A stretch of DNA of 64,000 nucleotides from Candidatus Thorarchaeota archaeon (GTDB lineage: Archaea; Asgardarchaeota; Thorarchaeia; Thorarchaeales; Thorarchaeaceae), in NCBI GenBank assembly GCA_048882325.1, contig JBHLRS010000005.1, forward strand, positions 69,843 to 133,842. Direction: 5' to 3'. The translations under genes were made by a program, and so were the position numbers. This document shows positions 27,488-37,555 of the stretch, piece after piece. The notes beneath the pieces are model-generated. The model ran no database searches, was not told where the DNA came from, and worked only from the letters and a program-made list of their open reading frames with translations. Numbering within the stretch: position 1 is the stretch's first letter; each line of letters begins with the position of its first letter.

Positions 27488-28225
27488 ATGGTGGATCTGA
27501 TCTTTGGGGATCTAGCCCTTCTTGATATTGTGATGGCGATAGCAACAGGGCTGATTGCGTCAGCTGTTTTAACAACAGCGTACTATATGGCTGCATCAGG
27601 TATGTCTAAATGGAAACCCAGAAAACTAGTCCATATCACAATGGGTACAACCATCGGTATGACTTTGGTAGCATATTCAAATCTAAGTGGTCCAGCGTTT
27701 GCAACTGGAATATTCTTGACTATACTCATGTACGCATGGGCTCACAAGAGTGAGCTGATTTGGGAACTACTCATTGCTGGAAGTCGTGAGGGAGAAACTA
27801 GACTCAATACATTCGCATCAGGTTTCATGGGACTTGTTTCCTTTGGTACTGTGTTTCTCGTTTTCTTCCAAAGGCCGGAGATATTTGTTGCATCAATTCT
27901 CGCCGTTTCCTGGGGTGATGCGGCGGGGGAGGTGTTCGGTCGACCATTTGGTGGGAAATATGTAAAACGGAAATATCGTGACAAATCGTTTGAGGGGAGT
28001 GTTGGAGTTCTGCTTTTTACTACACTGTCAGTCATTACATCGTTAGTTGTATTCTCTCCTGATACTAACATTCTAACAGTCTTGCCGCAGATCTTTGCTA
28101 TTGGTCTGTGTGCCACTTGTGCTGAATTTCTGAGTATTGGATGGACTGATAACTTCTTCATTCCTATGATTACCGCACTTACAATGTGGTGGCTTCTCTT
28201 TCCGGGAATTGCACTTTTTGTGTAG
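27488..28225 (+). CDS. CTP-dependent polyprenol kinase (dolichol/phytol kinase, SEC59/VTE5/DGK1 family)
   Basis: RKLVH, WGDAAGEVFGRPFG, KSFEGS, DNFFIP; polytopic. Confidence 0.85.
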   Translation: MVDLIFGDLALLDIVMAIATGLIASAVLTTAYYMAASGMSKWKPRKLVHITMGTTIGMTLVAYSNLSGPAFATGIFLTILMYAWAHKSELIWELLIAGSREGETRLNTFASGFMGLVSFGTVFLVFFQRPEIFVASILAVSWGDAAGEVFGRPFGGKYVKRKYRDKSFEGSVGVLLFTTLSVITSLVVFSPDTNILTVLPQIFAIGLCATCAEFLSIGWTDNFFIPMITALTMWWLLFPGIALFV

Positions 28226-28227
28226 AA

Positions 28228-29130
28228 CTATCCCCAATCACTGATTCGCTCGATGCCAGACTCACCAAGTTCACAGACCAATTTGAGCTCAGCAAGAATT
28301 CCTGACCATCCGATGTCATATCCAACAACAGCCTCAGGGGTCTTGAAGCCATGATGGTGCAGTGTCACAAGTGTGTGTTCATTGACCTCCTCAAACCGCA
28401 CATTGACTAATGTTTCGGGTTCATCGCCATGCACCCAAGAGAATTCAAGCTCTTGATCTTGCATCATCTTCTTGAAGACAATTGGCCCCTTGCCTTCAGC
28501 CCACCATGTATAGATACCTGCATATTGTCTATCAACCACTGGATCATCGGCTCGGATGAAGTGCTTCAGTTTCTCAGGATTTGTCCAAACATCAAATGGT
28601 AATGATGGGGGCGTTTTACAAACCACACTTAATCGAACATCAACAGGGTCGTAGCGAGTGATTCGAAGGGGGTGATAGTTCGAATAATCAAAGCGAATTG
28701 CAGGTGCTCCGAGTTCTACAGCAGCCTTGAAATTTGCCAGAAGGAGGTTCCAATGTTCTGGTAAGTGGTAGTCTCGAGCAGAAACAGGAACTGCGCCATG
28801 ATTAACCTGAATCATTGTTCCAGGGCCAATCGGATTGAAACGAATGACGAGTAGAGTGTCAACACCCATTATTCTCCAACTGAGGAGCAGTACTTTCTTT
28901 TCCTTCACTTCTTTGATATCCCAATAGTTTGCCAGCTCAGGAGTCGTTGGGGCATTAGGGCCGAGGAACCTAATAGTACCACCCACGCGAACATCTGCAC
29001 TAATTTCGTCACCTAGCCACTGAAGCATGATGATGGGATCCAGAAATTTCGCCCAGACCTCCTCAAGTGGTCTGGAAACACGAATCCGCAGATGAATGAC
29101 AGGGAGGACCTCTTCTTTCTGCTCCGCCAC
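28228..29130 (-). CDS. Tandem SRPBCC (AHSA1/START-like) domain protein
   Basis: Two repeats: PLEEVWAKFLDP...QWLG...LSWR...HW...NFKAAVE and PFDVWTNPEKLKHF...FSW...GW...ELKLVCE. Confidence 0.82.
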   Translation of the reverse strand: MAEQKEEVLPVIHLRIRVSRPLEEVWAKFLDPIIMLQWLGDEISADVRVGGTIRFLGPNAPTTPELANYWDIKEVKEKKVLLLSWRIMGVDTLLVIRFNPIGPGTMIQVNHGAVPVSARDYHLPEHWNLLLANFKAAVELGAPAIRFDYSNYHPLRITRYDPVDVRLSVVCKTPPSLPFDVWTNPEKLKHFIRADDPVVDRQYAGIYTWWAEGKGPIVFKKMMQDQELEFSWVHGDEPETLVNVRFEEVNEHTLVTLHHHGFKTPEAVVGYDIGWSGILAELKLVCELGESGIERISDWG

Positions 29131-29234
29131 TTTCCTCTACCTCATTCCTCGTTCTTTTTTCCTGTTGTCACCAAGCCTTAAGTTTCTGATGGTATTCGAT
29201 TTTTCATTGGTAATATCAATTCAGAGTTTGTGCA

Positions 29235-29663
29235 TCAATCAAACTTCATTAGAGTTACAAGAGCCTCTCCATCCAAGATGATTTTACCTTCCTGATTTGT
29301 GCAAGTTGTGCTCAGAGTTACGCGCTCTTTTTCATCATTCAGTCCAACTACTTCTACTCGAGCTGTGATTGTATCTCCAATCTTCACGGGACCCAGAAAG
29401 CGCATGCTCTGGCTCATATAGATAGTACCAGGTCCTGGAAGATGCATACCTATCGCTGTACTCACAAAAGAAGCTGTTAGAATTCCATGAGCTATTCGAC
29501 CTCCAAACATAGTCGTTTTCGCCCAGGCCTCATCAAAGTGCAATGGATTGTAATCTCCACTGAGGTTTCCGAAGACTTGAATGTCCTCTTCAGTGACCTT
29601 GTGTTTGACCTCTGCAGATTGACCCATCTTGATATCTGTATACTTTGTTACTTCCATCTTCAT
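29235..29663 (-). CDS. MaoC-family (R)-specific enoyl-CoA hydratase (PhaJ-like)
   Basis: SGDYNPLHFD hydratase motif, RIAHG, LPGPG, FLGPVKIGDT; ATG overlaps the upstream TGA (TGATG). Confidence 0.9.
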   Translation of the reverse strand: MKMEVTKYTDIKMGQSAEVKHKVTEEDIQVFGNLSGDYNPLHFDEAWAKTTMFGGRIAHGILTASFVSTAIGMHLPGPGTIYMSQSMRFLGPVKIGDTITARVEVVGLNDEKERVTLSTTCTNQEGKIILDGEALVTLMKFD

Positions 29664-30691
29664 CACTTCTCCGTTCCCCATTTGATTGTCATGGCATTCC
29701 AAGACCACCCTATTCCAGCGGCTGTGAGAACAACTATGTCTCCATCTTTAATCTTGCCGCTCTTGAGACCTTCTTCTAGAGATACGATTGAGTCATTCTG
29801 ACCCATGTGACCCCATTCTGTGAAATATGTAGACTGTTCATAGGGATCAATACCAAGCTCATTGGCAACATATTCGAATGCGCTTCGTTTCATCCGAATG
29901 AGTCCGAGATAATCAATGTCTTTTCGCTCATAGCCACTACGTTTGAGAGATTGATCCACAACAGCTAGAAAATTCTTCATCGATAATTTGTCCAACCTTT
30001 CTTTAAGACCTTCGGGATCAGTCACGTCGAGATATGTCAGTCCCTTATCGATTGCGTCACAAGTGATAGGCATTACTGTTCCGCCAGCAGGAACATACAC
30101 GTCCTCAGAGAACTGCCCATCTGAAATCACACTTCCCTCCAACACGACATTTCTATCATAGTTTGCACGAAGTATCATTGCAACACCACTAGCAGCCAAG
30201 TCGTGCATGAATCGAGTTCGTATGTTACTGTAGTCAATAAGGTCTGAGTTCCGATAGCCACTTCCAATAATGATACGTTCATAACCATGAGCCTGCATCA
30301 GTGCTTTCGCCAGAATCATTGCGACCACAATAGTTCCGCATCTTTGATTTACGTCGAACGCCCAGGCGTTCGTAGCTCCAATCTCACCTTGAAACTTGAT
30401 TGCATAAGTCTGCATTGGATGTTCAGCATAGACCTCACCCGCCCAGATTACAACATCAATATCCTTTGCAGGATCCAACCCAGCTCTTTCGATGGCAATC
30501 TTCGCCGCCTTGACTCCCATAGCAACCGTGTGATCATCCTTTCCAGGCACAGACTTACTGTGTAGACCCATTTTTGTCTTGAGAATCTCAACAGGAGTTC
30601 CGGATTTGCTTGATATGTATTCAGCAGTGTGGCGTTCCTTTGGTATGTAGGTTCCGATGGATTCGATTCCAATAGATTTGACTTTGAGCAT
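29663..30691 (-). CDS. KS III/FabH-like thiolase-fold enzyme (GHxGxxD type)
   Basis: IGTYIP, AWAFDVNQRCGT (catalytic Cys), LIRMKRSA, WGHMGQND, IKDGDIVVLTAAGIG. Confidence 0.85.
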   Translation of the reverse strand: MLKVKSIGIESIGTYIPKERHTAEYISSKSGTPVEILKTKMGLHSKSVPGKDDHTVAMGVKAAKIAIERAGLDPAKDIDVVIWAGEVYAEHPMQTYAIKFQGEIGATNAWAFDVNQRCGTIVVAMILAKALMQAHGYERIIIGSGYRNSDLIDYSNIRTRFMHDLAASGVAMILRANYDRNVVLEGSVISDGQFSEDVYVPAGGTVMPITCDAIDKGLTYLDVTDPEGLKERLDKLSMKNFLAVVDQSLKRSGYERKDIDYLGLIRMKRSAFEYVANELGIDPYEQSTYFTEWGHMGQNDSIVSLEEGLKSGKIKDGDIVVLTAAGIGWSWNAMTIKWGTEK

Positions 30692-32232
30692 CAGTCATCA
30701 CCATTCTCAACAAGTTCACGTTTCAGAATTTTCCCAGCAGCACTTTTCGGAAGTTCATCCCTAAATTCGTAGTGCTTCGGGATTTTGTATCTTGCCAATT
30801 TTCCATCCAAATACGTGAGAACATCATCCTCTGTTAGAGCAGTATCTGGTTTGAGTACGACGAATGCTTTTCCGACCTCACCCCACTTTTCGCTTGGTAC
30901 ACCAACGACAGCAGCCTCAAGGATTGCAGGATGTTTGAAGAGTAACTCCTCAATCTCTGTGGGATAGACATTCTCTCCTCCTGAGATGAACATGTCTTTC
31001 TTCCTTCCAGTGATGAAGAAGAAACCTTCCTCGTCTTTCATTGCAAGGTCGCCGGTGTGAACCCATCCATTAGGTTCGATTATCTTAGCTGTTTCTTCGG
31101 GTTCTTCCCAGTAACCAGAGAAAATATGAGGACCCCTCAATAGTAACTCACCAACCTGACCGACCCCGACTTCTTTGTTATCATTGTCAACTATCTTCAT
31201 ATCGCAATGGAAAACTGGAAAACCAACTGAGGACGGTTTTCGTTTGACGTCAATTTCAGGTAGGTAGAAATTATTGGGACCGACCTCTGTAAGACCATAA
31301 CCCATCTTGAGAATTTTGCCACGTTTCCAATATTTCTCCATAATAGCAACAGGACATGGAGCACCTCCACTGATGAATAGCCTGACACTGTCGAAGCTGA
31401 TTTTCTCGAAGCTCTTTGACTCGGCCATCATGTTGAACATAGTGGGAACACCAACGACAAGGGTACACTTCTCTTCCATTATGACTCGAAGAGTTTCGTC
31501 AATGTTAAAATCACCCATTATAATGGATTTCGCACCTAGATGTATAAACGGGATGAGGAGGACATTTATGCCGCCAGTATGAAAAAGGGGAAAGAGAAGT
31601 GGCTGGATATCATCGGGTTTCAAGCCCCACGAAACTATCGTATTAACCGAATTCCAAAAGACAAGACCGTGGGATAAGACCGCACCTTTGGGAAGTCCAG
31701 TTGTACCCCCTGTAAATACGATTAGATAGGGATCATCCAGTGTGAGGTGTGGTCGTTCTACTTCACTAGACGGTTTGCGTTTCATGAGAGAGCTGAGATC
31801 AGAGTCAGAATCCAATTTCTTGTTTCCCATGACGACAACCTGCTTTCCTTTCAGATGGGGTCGAAGCTCATCAAATACTGTCTTGAGCGCTGGGTCGTAA
31901 AACAATATAGACGGATTCGTCTTCTTCAAGAGGTATTCAATTTCAACAGCTGTGAGACGAACATTAAAGGGAGTCATAATAGCTCCAATCTTGCCACAGG
32001 CAAACAGGAGGTCCAGGAAGTCAAACCTGTTCTTGGAGTAAACACCTACACGATCTCCTTTCTCTACTCCAGAATCAAGCAATAGTCTAGCTACTTGATT
32101 CGCTCGCGAATCAATCTCTCCAAAGGTGTACCTTACCTTCTGGATGTTGTCAACTATTGCTTCCAGCTTCGGGGTCAACAAAGCTCTTCTTCCTGTCCAA
32201 TCGCCAATCCATGACCAATCTTTCGGATACAT
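30691..32232 (-). CDS. Acyl-CoA synthetase (AMP-forming, MenE/long-chain fatty acid-like)
   Basis: FTGGTTGLPKGA, PLFH, GYGLTE, HTGDL, GRKKDMFISGGENVYP, ARYKIPK, PKSAAGKILK. Confidence 0.93.
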   Translation of the reverse strand: MYPKDWSWIGDWTGRRALLTPKLEAIVDNIQKVRYTFGEIDSRANQVARLLLDSGVEKGDRVGVYSKNRFDFLDLLFACGKIGAIMTPFNVRLTAVEIEYLLKKTNPSILFYDPALKTVFDELRPHLKGKQVVVMGNKKLDSDSDLSSLMKRKPSSEVERPHLTLDDPYLIVFTGGTTGLPKGAVLSHGLVFWNSVNTIVSWGLKPDDIQPLLFPLFHTGGINVLLIPFIHLGAKSIIMGDFNIDETLRVIMEEKCTLVVGVPTMFNMMAESKSFEKISFDSVRLFISGGAPCPVAIMEKYWKRGKILKMGYGLTEVGPNNFYLPEIDVKRKPSSVGFPVFHCDMKIVDNDNKEVGVGQVGELLLRGPHIFSGYWEEPEETAKIIEPNGWVHTGDLAMKDEEGFFFITGRKKDMFISGGENVYPTEIEELLFKHPAILEAAVVGVPSEKWGEVGKAFVVLKPDTALTEDDVLTYLDGKLARYKIPKHYEFRDELPKSAAGKILKRELVENGDD

Positions 32233-32360
32233 TCCGAGGACTCCTGTTGTTTCAGTGATAGTGACTTGTACCTAATTTAATCCAAAAGATATATTATTCG
32301 CCCAAAGTGAGTTTAGTGGGGAAACCCGATTTTGGATGGACTGAGAAGAGGGAAGTCGAA

Positions 32361-33155
32361 TTGACCTCAGAAAACGACTATATCCTAAGCACTAGTGGGT
32401 TGACCAAGAATTTTGGTGGGTTAATCGCAGTCAATGATGTAAGTCTTGACTTCGAAAGAGGTTCGATAAAAGCCATAATAGGTCCGAATGGGTCAGGAAA
32501 AACGACCTTCTTCAATCTGATAACTGGAGTCTTTCCGCCTTCATCGGGTAAGATTCTCTTTGAGGGCCAAAACATTACTCGAGCATCGATGCATAAACGT
32601 ACTCGACTGGGCATCTCGAGGTCATATCAGATCACGAATATCTTCCCATATCAGACAACGTTTGAGAATATTCGGTTGGCTGTTCAGGGATGCAGTGGTG
32701 CAAGAGTAAACTTCCTGGGAATGCTTAGAAAAGCTGGATCGTATACAGAATTTCATGACAAAGTCTTAGAGATTGTTTCAATTGTTGGACTTGATCCTAC
32801 TAGGCTCTACATTCCGGCTGCTTTGATACCTCATGCTGAACAAAGGAAACTAGAAATCGCGATGGCTCTCGCTACAGAACCAAGACTCCTTTTACTTGAT
32901 GAACCTGCTGCAGGAATGGCGATTGAAGAGATACCTGAAGTCATTGATGCTATACTTCGTGTCAAAAAATCATATGGTGATCGACTCACACTCCTTGTGG
33001 TCGAACACAAGATGGACATTGTTATGAACCTCAGCGAGGAAATCATTGTCCTTTCTCAAGGAAGAATGATAGCAAAAGGGCCTCCCAAAGAAATCAGAGA
33101 AAACGAACAAGTCCTTACAGCTTATCTTGGTGGTACAGATGAAACACTTGCTTGA
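32361..33155 (+). CDS. LIV-type ABC importer ATPase (LivG-like)
   Basis: FGGLIAVNDV, GPNGSGKTT, LLLDEPAAG, VEHKM, AYLG. Confidence 0.9.
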   Translation: MTSENDYILSTSGLTKNFGGLIAVNDVSLDFERGSIKAIIGPNGSGKTTFFNLITGVFPPSSGKILFEGQNITRASMHKRTRLGISRSYQITNIFPYQTTFENIRLAVQGCSGARVNFLGMLRKAGSYTEFHDKVLEIVSIVGLDPTRLYIPAALIPHAEQRKLEIAMALATEPRLLLLDEPAAGMAIEEIPEVIDAILRVKKSYGDRLTLLVVEHKMDIVMNLSEEIIVLSQGRMIAKGPPKEIRENEQVLTAYLGGTDETLA

Positions 33156-33858
33156 AGTTCAAGATGCTCATGTATACATAGGTTCCTTCTACGTCCTACA
33201 AGGAATCTCACTAGTCGTTCCTAAAGGAGAAGTCACACTCTTACTAGGAAGGAATGGAGCAGGAAAAACAACTACGATGAAATCAGTACTTGGAATTTAT
33301 CCACCAAGAAACGGGAATGTAGTCTTCAAAGGTGAGGAGATTTCAAATCTACCCACTCATAAGATAGTCAACAAAGGCATTGGTTACGTTCCAGATACAA
33401 GAAGGATATTTGGAACATTGACAGTTGAGCAAAATCTGATTGTATCTCGTAGAAAGGGAACATCAAAAGAGAAGATGCAAGAAAGAATGGAGTTGATTTT
33501 CGATCTATTCCCAGATATGAGGGGGTTTCTGAAACAGAGAGCAGGAACACTGTCTGGCGGACAACAGCAAATGCTGGCAGTCGCTCGTGCATTGGTGAAT
33601 GAGAATGACTTGTTGCTTATTGATGAGCCAACTGAAGGCCTAAGTCCACTCCTTGCCAAGAATCTGATCGCATCCCTTGACAGATTGAAAGAATATGCCA
33701 CTATATTACTAGTAGAACAGAACTTCCGAGCTGTTTCCAGGCTGGGTGATAATTACTACATCTTCGATAATGGAAAAATCGTTCACGAAGGGAATAACAT
33801 GTCTGAACTGATTGCAGATAAAGAACTCGTTGCGCAATACTTGGGGGTGAGAATCTAA
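33139..33858 (+). CDS. LIV-type ABC importer ATPase (LivF-like)
   Basis: GRNGAGKTT, AGTLSGGQQQML, DEPTEGLSP, LVEQN, YLG. Confidence 0.9.
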   Translation: MKHLLEVQDAHVYIGSFYVLQGISLVVPKGEVTLLLGRNGAGKTTTMKSVLGIYPPRNGNVVFKGEEISNLPTHKIVNKGIGYVPDTRRIFGTLTVEQNLIVSRRKGTSKEKMQERMELIFDLFPDMRGFLKQRAGTLSGGQQQMLAVARALVNENDLLLIDEPTEGLSPLLAKNLIASLDRLKEYATILLVEQNFRAVSRLGDNYYIFDNGKIVHEGNNMSELIADKELVAQYLGVRI

Positions 33859-33859
33859 C

Positions 33860-34954
33860 ATGATGGATTCACAGGAAACTACTCAATCGCAATCTCGAGG
33901 ATTATTGAGAACACTTGTACTAATTGATGTTATCATTGCAATAGGATGTATCTTAGCTGTTGTTGCTATTAACGTCTATTCATGGAATGGATTCATTGTT
34001 GGGCTGAGTAAATCTATTGTGAATGGCCTTGCTCTCAGCATGTTGCTCTTCCTGATGGTGTCAGGATTCTACTTGATATTTGGGTTATGCGATGTCATCA
34101 ATTTCGCACACGGGTCCTTCTTCATGCTAGGTGGGTTCATGGGCTTTGTCATTTATCGAGGAACAGAGGCGGTTCTGCTTGATCAGGCTCTACCATTCTA
34201 TGCAATTTTTGGAGGCAGTCATTTTGCTATGTCCCTAATCTCGTTTATTGTTAGTGCTCTAGGGGCTACTGCGGTTATGGCAATTATCGGTGGTAGCATA
34301 GAGTTCTTCACAATTCGTCGACTCTATGGAAATGCAATTGCACAGATATTACTAACCGTTGGTTTTATGTTCATTATAACTCAGGCTGCTGAGATTATCT
34401 GGGGGCCTCCGCAATTTTCGTATTTCATTATACCCGGTTCTAGTTCCCAATTAGATACGTTCTTCATTAGTGGAACTCTTGTTTTTGGTGATATAATATT
34501 CAAAGCATACAACATCTTTCTGATCTTTCTCGGATTCGCAGTTGCTGGATTGATGTTTCTAGGCTTTAGAAAGACGCGAATTGGCCTGCAAATTCAAGCG
34601 GGTATAGAAGATTCAGAGATGGTCGAAGCACTTGGTACAAATATCAGACGATTGTTCACAGTTGTCTTCATGATAGGAGCTGGTCTTGCTGGACTATCAG
34701 GAGCAGTCCTTGTTCCGATGATTGGAGCAAATTCTGGTCACGGGCTCACATACCTCATTTACGCCTTTGTCATCGTTGTTATAGGGGGCGCTCATTATGG
34801 TCGATTCGAAGGAACCTTCTTCGGGGCACTTGTAGTAGGTCTTTCAATTCAGTTTTCGTCGTATTTCATCCCATTTCTTGAGGATATTATTGTGTTCATT
34901 ATTATGGTGGTCATTCTCATAATCAAGCCAGGAGGTCTGACAGGTCATGAGTAA
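33860..34954 (+). CDS. LIV-type ABC importer permease (LivH-like)
   Basis: GFYLIFG..VINFAHG, TRIG..IQA, MVEALG, FVIVVIGG, KPGGL. Confidence 0.9.
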   Translation: MMDSQETTQSQSRGLLRTLVLIDVIIAIGCILAVVAINVYSWNGFIVGLSKSIVNGLALSMLLFLMVSGFYLIFGLCDVINFAHGSFFMLGGFMGFVIYRGTEAVLLDQALPFYAIFGGSHFAMSLISFIVSALGATAVMAIIGGSIEFFTIRRLYGNAIAQILLTVGFMFIITQAAEIIWGPPQFSYFIIPGSSSQLDTFFISGTLVFGDIIFKAYNIFLIFLGFAVAGLMFLGFRKTRIGLQIQAGIEDSEMVEALGTNIRRLFTVVFMIGAGLAGLSGAVLVPMIGANSGHGLTYLIYAFVIVVIGGAHYGRFEGTFFGALVVGLSIQFSSYFIPFLEDIIVFIIMVVILIIKPGGLTGHE

Positions 34955-36695
34955 TGAGAGAAACATTCTGAGGGGAATGAAGCAGGTCATTCTTAGAACG
35001 CCATCTATATTGTCAAAAAACAGAACAGTATTAGCAATTCTTGCGTTCATGTACCTTATTCCACTGGGAACAGGTGCCGCATTAGGACCCGTTCGAAATC
35101 TACTCAAGGTAGTTACACTAATCATGATCTTTGCTCTTCTCGCCATGTCTTTTGACCTGCAGTTGGGTCGTTCTGCTCTACTCAATTTTGGACATGTTGC
35201 ACTCTTTGGAGTAGGTGCCTATTTCGTGACATATACACTGGACGAGAATTTTCTCCCTTCGCCATATAATGCTGTGGCTGCAATTCCTTATCCTTTGGCA
35301 ATACTCATCGCGATGCTGATTGGTGCGGGTCTTGGTCTCATCATGGGTTTAACAACTAGTCGTATGAGAGGTACAGCTTTTGCATTTATTGCACTTGCAA
35401 TCGCGATGTTCATCTTCAATTTCTTCCGACAGACCAATGTGCTATCTGGAGGTGAAACAGGAATCAGGGTACCCATCCCGGATCTTCTAAGGACCGGTCC
35501 AGTCTATCAGTTATTCGTAATGATTGCATTCATTTTCCTTGCTGCTTTTGTTGGTACTACGTACATTTACTTAAAGAAGAAAATGGATTACACGGGTCTA
35601 TTGCTAGTTGTTCCAGTCATAGCGGCCCTCACAGGTTTCCTATTGATTCTTGGGAGAAATATCCTGGGTTCTGTGGTGGTCGTCATGGGATTCCTCATCA
35701 TGATAATGCTCTTCTTGTTTGAATATGGTAGAACTATTGATGACCCTCTTCAGTATTCTGAACATCAAACATTGACAGGAGACGTAAAATCACGCAGCAT
35801 GGTGAGTACATATGTTATTCCGCTAGTGATCGTAGTGGTCATCGTGGTAGGAGTGTTAGTTAGTTTTGGTGAAAATATATCGGACATGATGTCATTGTGG
35901 ATTACACAAGATGATATTTTCTACTTCAGGACTCCAGTACAATACTACCTTGTATTGACGTGTCTGGTTCTGATCTATGTCTTTGTAAGGCGACTGATAG
36001 CATCACCGTTTGGGAGAATGGTTACTGCTGTTGCGCAGAATGAAGAACGAGCAGAAGCTCTTGGTTACAACAGTTATCGCGCTAAGATAGTTGTACTAGT
36101 AATTAGTGGGGCGATTGCATCCCTTGCAGGAGCGTTGTATGCGCCATTTATCAATATCCTAACTCCGGAAACCGCATTGGGAGTCGAAATTACAATCAAC
36201 GCTATGTTGTACACAATCATCGGAGGTATAGCTACACTGTTTGGCCCAATACTCGGGACAGGAGTTGTAGTCTATTCCGAACACAATTTAGTGGATTTCT
36301 TTGAAGGACTTGGTTTACCGGGCCGCTTATGGTTAATAGGACTAGGAGTGATGTACATCATCATCGTTCTGTTCATGCCGCTTGGAATCGTAGGTTCTCT
36401 CGGTCACAGAATTGACTCTTTCAAGGTTAGGCTACGACAGTTCGGGTTAAGGGAATCCGATTACTGGATCTTCGGATTACTTGGTACAATGGGGATACTT
36501 CTATACGTGTCTGAGGATCCTAGGCTATTTCCTCTTGCTCTGGGGATATTCGGATTTCTGATTGCAGTGGGTTTCTTCTTGGTTGTAGTCTTAAGAAGGA
36601 ATATTTGGTCTGGTTTGAAAGCTTTCGGACGAAGGTCGATATTAAGGTTGACAGCTATAGGTGGAAAGATAAAATCGAGATTACAAAGGAGATGA
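34947..36695 (+). CDS. LIV-type ABC importer permease (LivM-like, extended)
   Basis: LLNFGHVALFG, SGGETG, SPFGR..AVAQNEERAEALG, IIGG, PLGIVG; extra TM segments. Confidence 0.88.
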   Translation: MSNERNILRGMKQVILRTPSILSKNRTVLAILAFMYLIPLGTGAALGPVRNLLKVVTLIMIFALLAMSFDLQLGRSALLNFGHVALFGVGAYFVTYTLDENFLPSPYNAVAAIPYPLAILIAMLIGAGLGLIMGLTTSRMRGTAFAFIALAIAMFIFNFFRQTNVLSGGETGIRVPIPDLLRTGPVYQLFVMIAFIFLAAFVGTTYIYLKKKMDYTGLLLVVPVIAALTGFLLILGRNILGSVVVVMGFLIMIMLFLFEYGRTIDDPLQYSEHQTLTGDVKSRSMVSTYVIPLVIVVVIVVGVLVSFGENISDMMSLWITQDDIFYFRTPVQYYLVLTCLVLIYVFVRRLIASPFGRMVTAVAQNEERAEALGYNSYRAKIVVLVISGAIASLAGALYAPFINILTPETALGVEITINAMLYTIIGGIATLFGPILGTGVVVYSEHNLVDFFEGLGLPGRLWLIGLGVMYIIIVLFMPLGIVGSLGHRIDSFKVRLRQFGLRESDYWIFGLLGTMGILLYVSEDPRLFPLALGIFGFLIAVGFFLVVVLRRNIWSGLKAFGRRSILRLTAIGGKIKSRLQRR

Positions 36696-36699
36696 GGAT

Positions 36700-37518
36700 A
36701 TGCCATTCACGACAATACAAGACGTCGATTTGTACTATGAGATTCATGGACCACCTGATGCTCCGCCGCTGGTACTCATTGGAGGTTGGGCATCATATCG
36801 CTGGATCTGGTTCCGCCAGGTTCCCACGTTCAAGGAGAAATACAGGTGTATCGTCTTTGACAATCGCGGGGCAGGACAGAGTTCTAAACCGGACTACCCA
36901 TACACAATAGAGATGATGGCGGCCGACACAGTTGGGCTATTGGACACTTTACAAATTGAGAGTGCACATATATTGGGAATTTCGATGGGCGGATTGATTG
37001 CGCAACAAATAGCGCTATCATATCCTGAAATGGTTCGTAGCTTGATTCTTGTTGCAACGCACTTTGGAGGACCCAATCATATTCCGATACCAGATGACAT
37101 TGTGGCATTGCTAGTTGCTCTACCAACTGAAACTATCTCATATGAACAAGCCAGAAAGATGCGATACAATGCAACCTTCAGTACGGAATTCCTTGAGGAA
37201 AATGAGGAACTCATGAAGCAGATAGATGATTGGGTAGTAAAGCATCCTGCACCATTATTCGCGCAAGTGCATCAGAGCTCTGCCACAGCTGGATTTGATT
37301 CAGAATCAGAGTTGAAGAATATTACTGCACCCACTCTAATCTTGCATGGAAGCATAGATTTCACGATATTGCCCAAGAACTCAGAACTGATAGCAGAAAA
37401 GATACCTAATTCGAGAATACAATTCATCGAGGGTGCAGCACACTTTGTCATTGTCGAAAAATATCAGGAGTTCAATACTGCAGTTATGAATTTCATTGAT
37501 GAGATTGAGGGGAGATAA
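36700..37518 (+). CDS. Alpha/beta-fold hydrolase (enol-lactonase/esterase-like)
   Basis: FDNRGAG, GISMGG nucleophile elbow, HGSID, AAH. Confidence 0.9.
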   Translation: MPFTTIQDVDLYYEIHGPPDAPPLVLIGGWASYRWIWFRQVPTFKEKYRCIVFDNRGAGQSSKPDYPYTIEMMAADTVGLLDTLQIESAHILGISMGGLIAQQIALSYPEMVRSLILVATHFGGPNHIPIPDDIVALLVALPTETISYEQARKMRYNATFSTEFLEENEELMKQIDDWVVKHPAPLFAQVHQSSATAGFDSESELKNITAPTLILHGSIDFTILPKNSELIAEKIPNSRIQFIEGAAHFVIVEKYQEFNTAVMNFIDEIEGR

Positions 37519-37555
37519 CGAGTTCACTACGCCAAAGAGAGGTGAAATCAATAAG

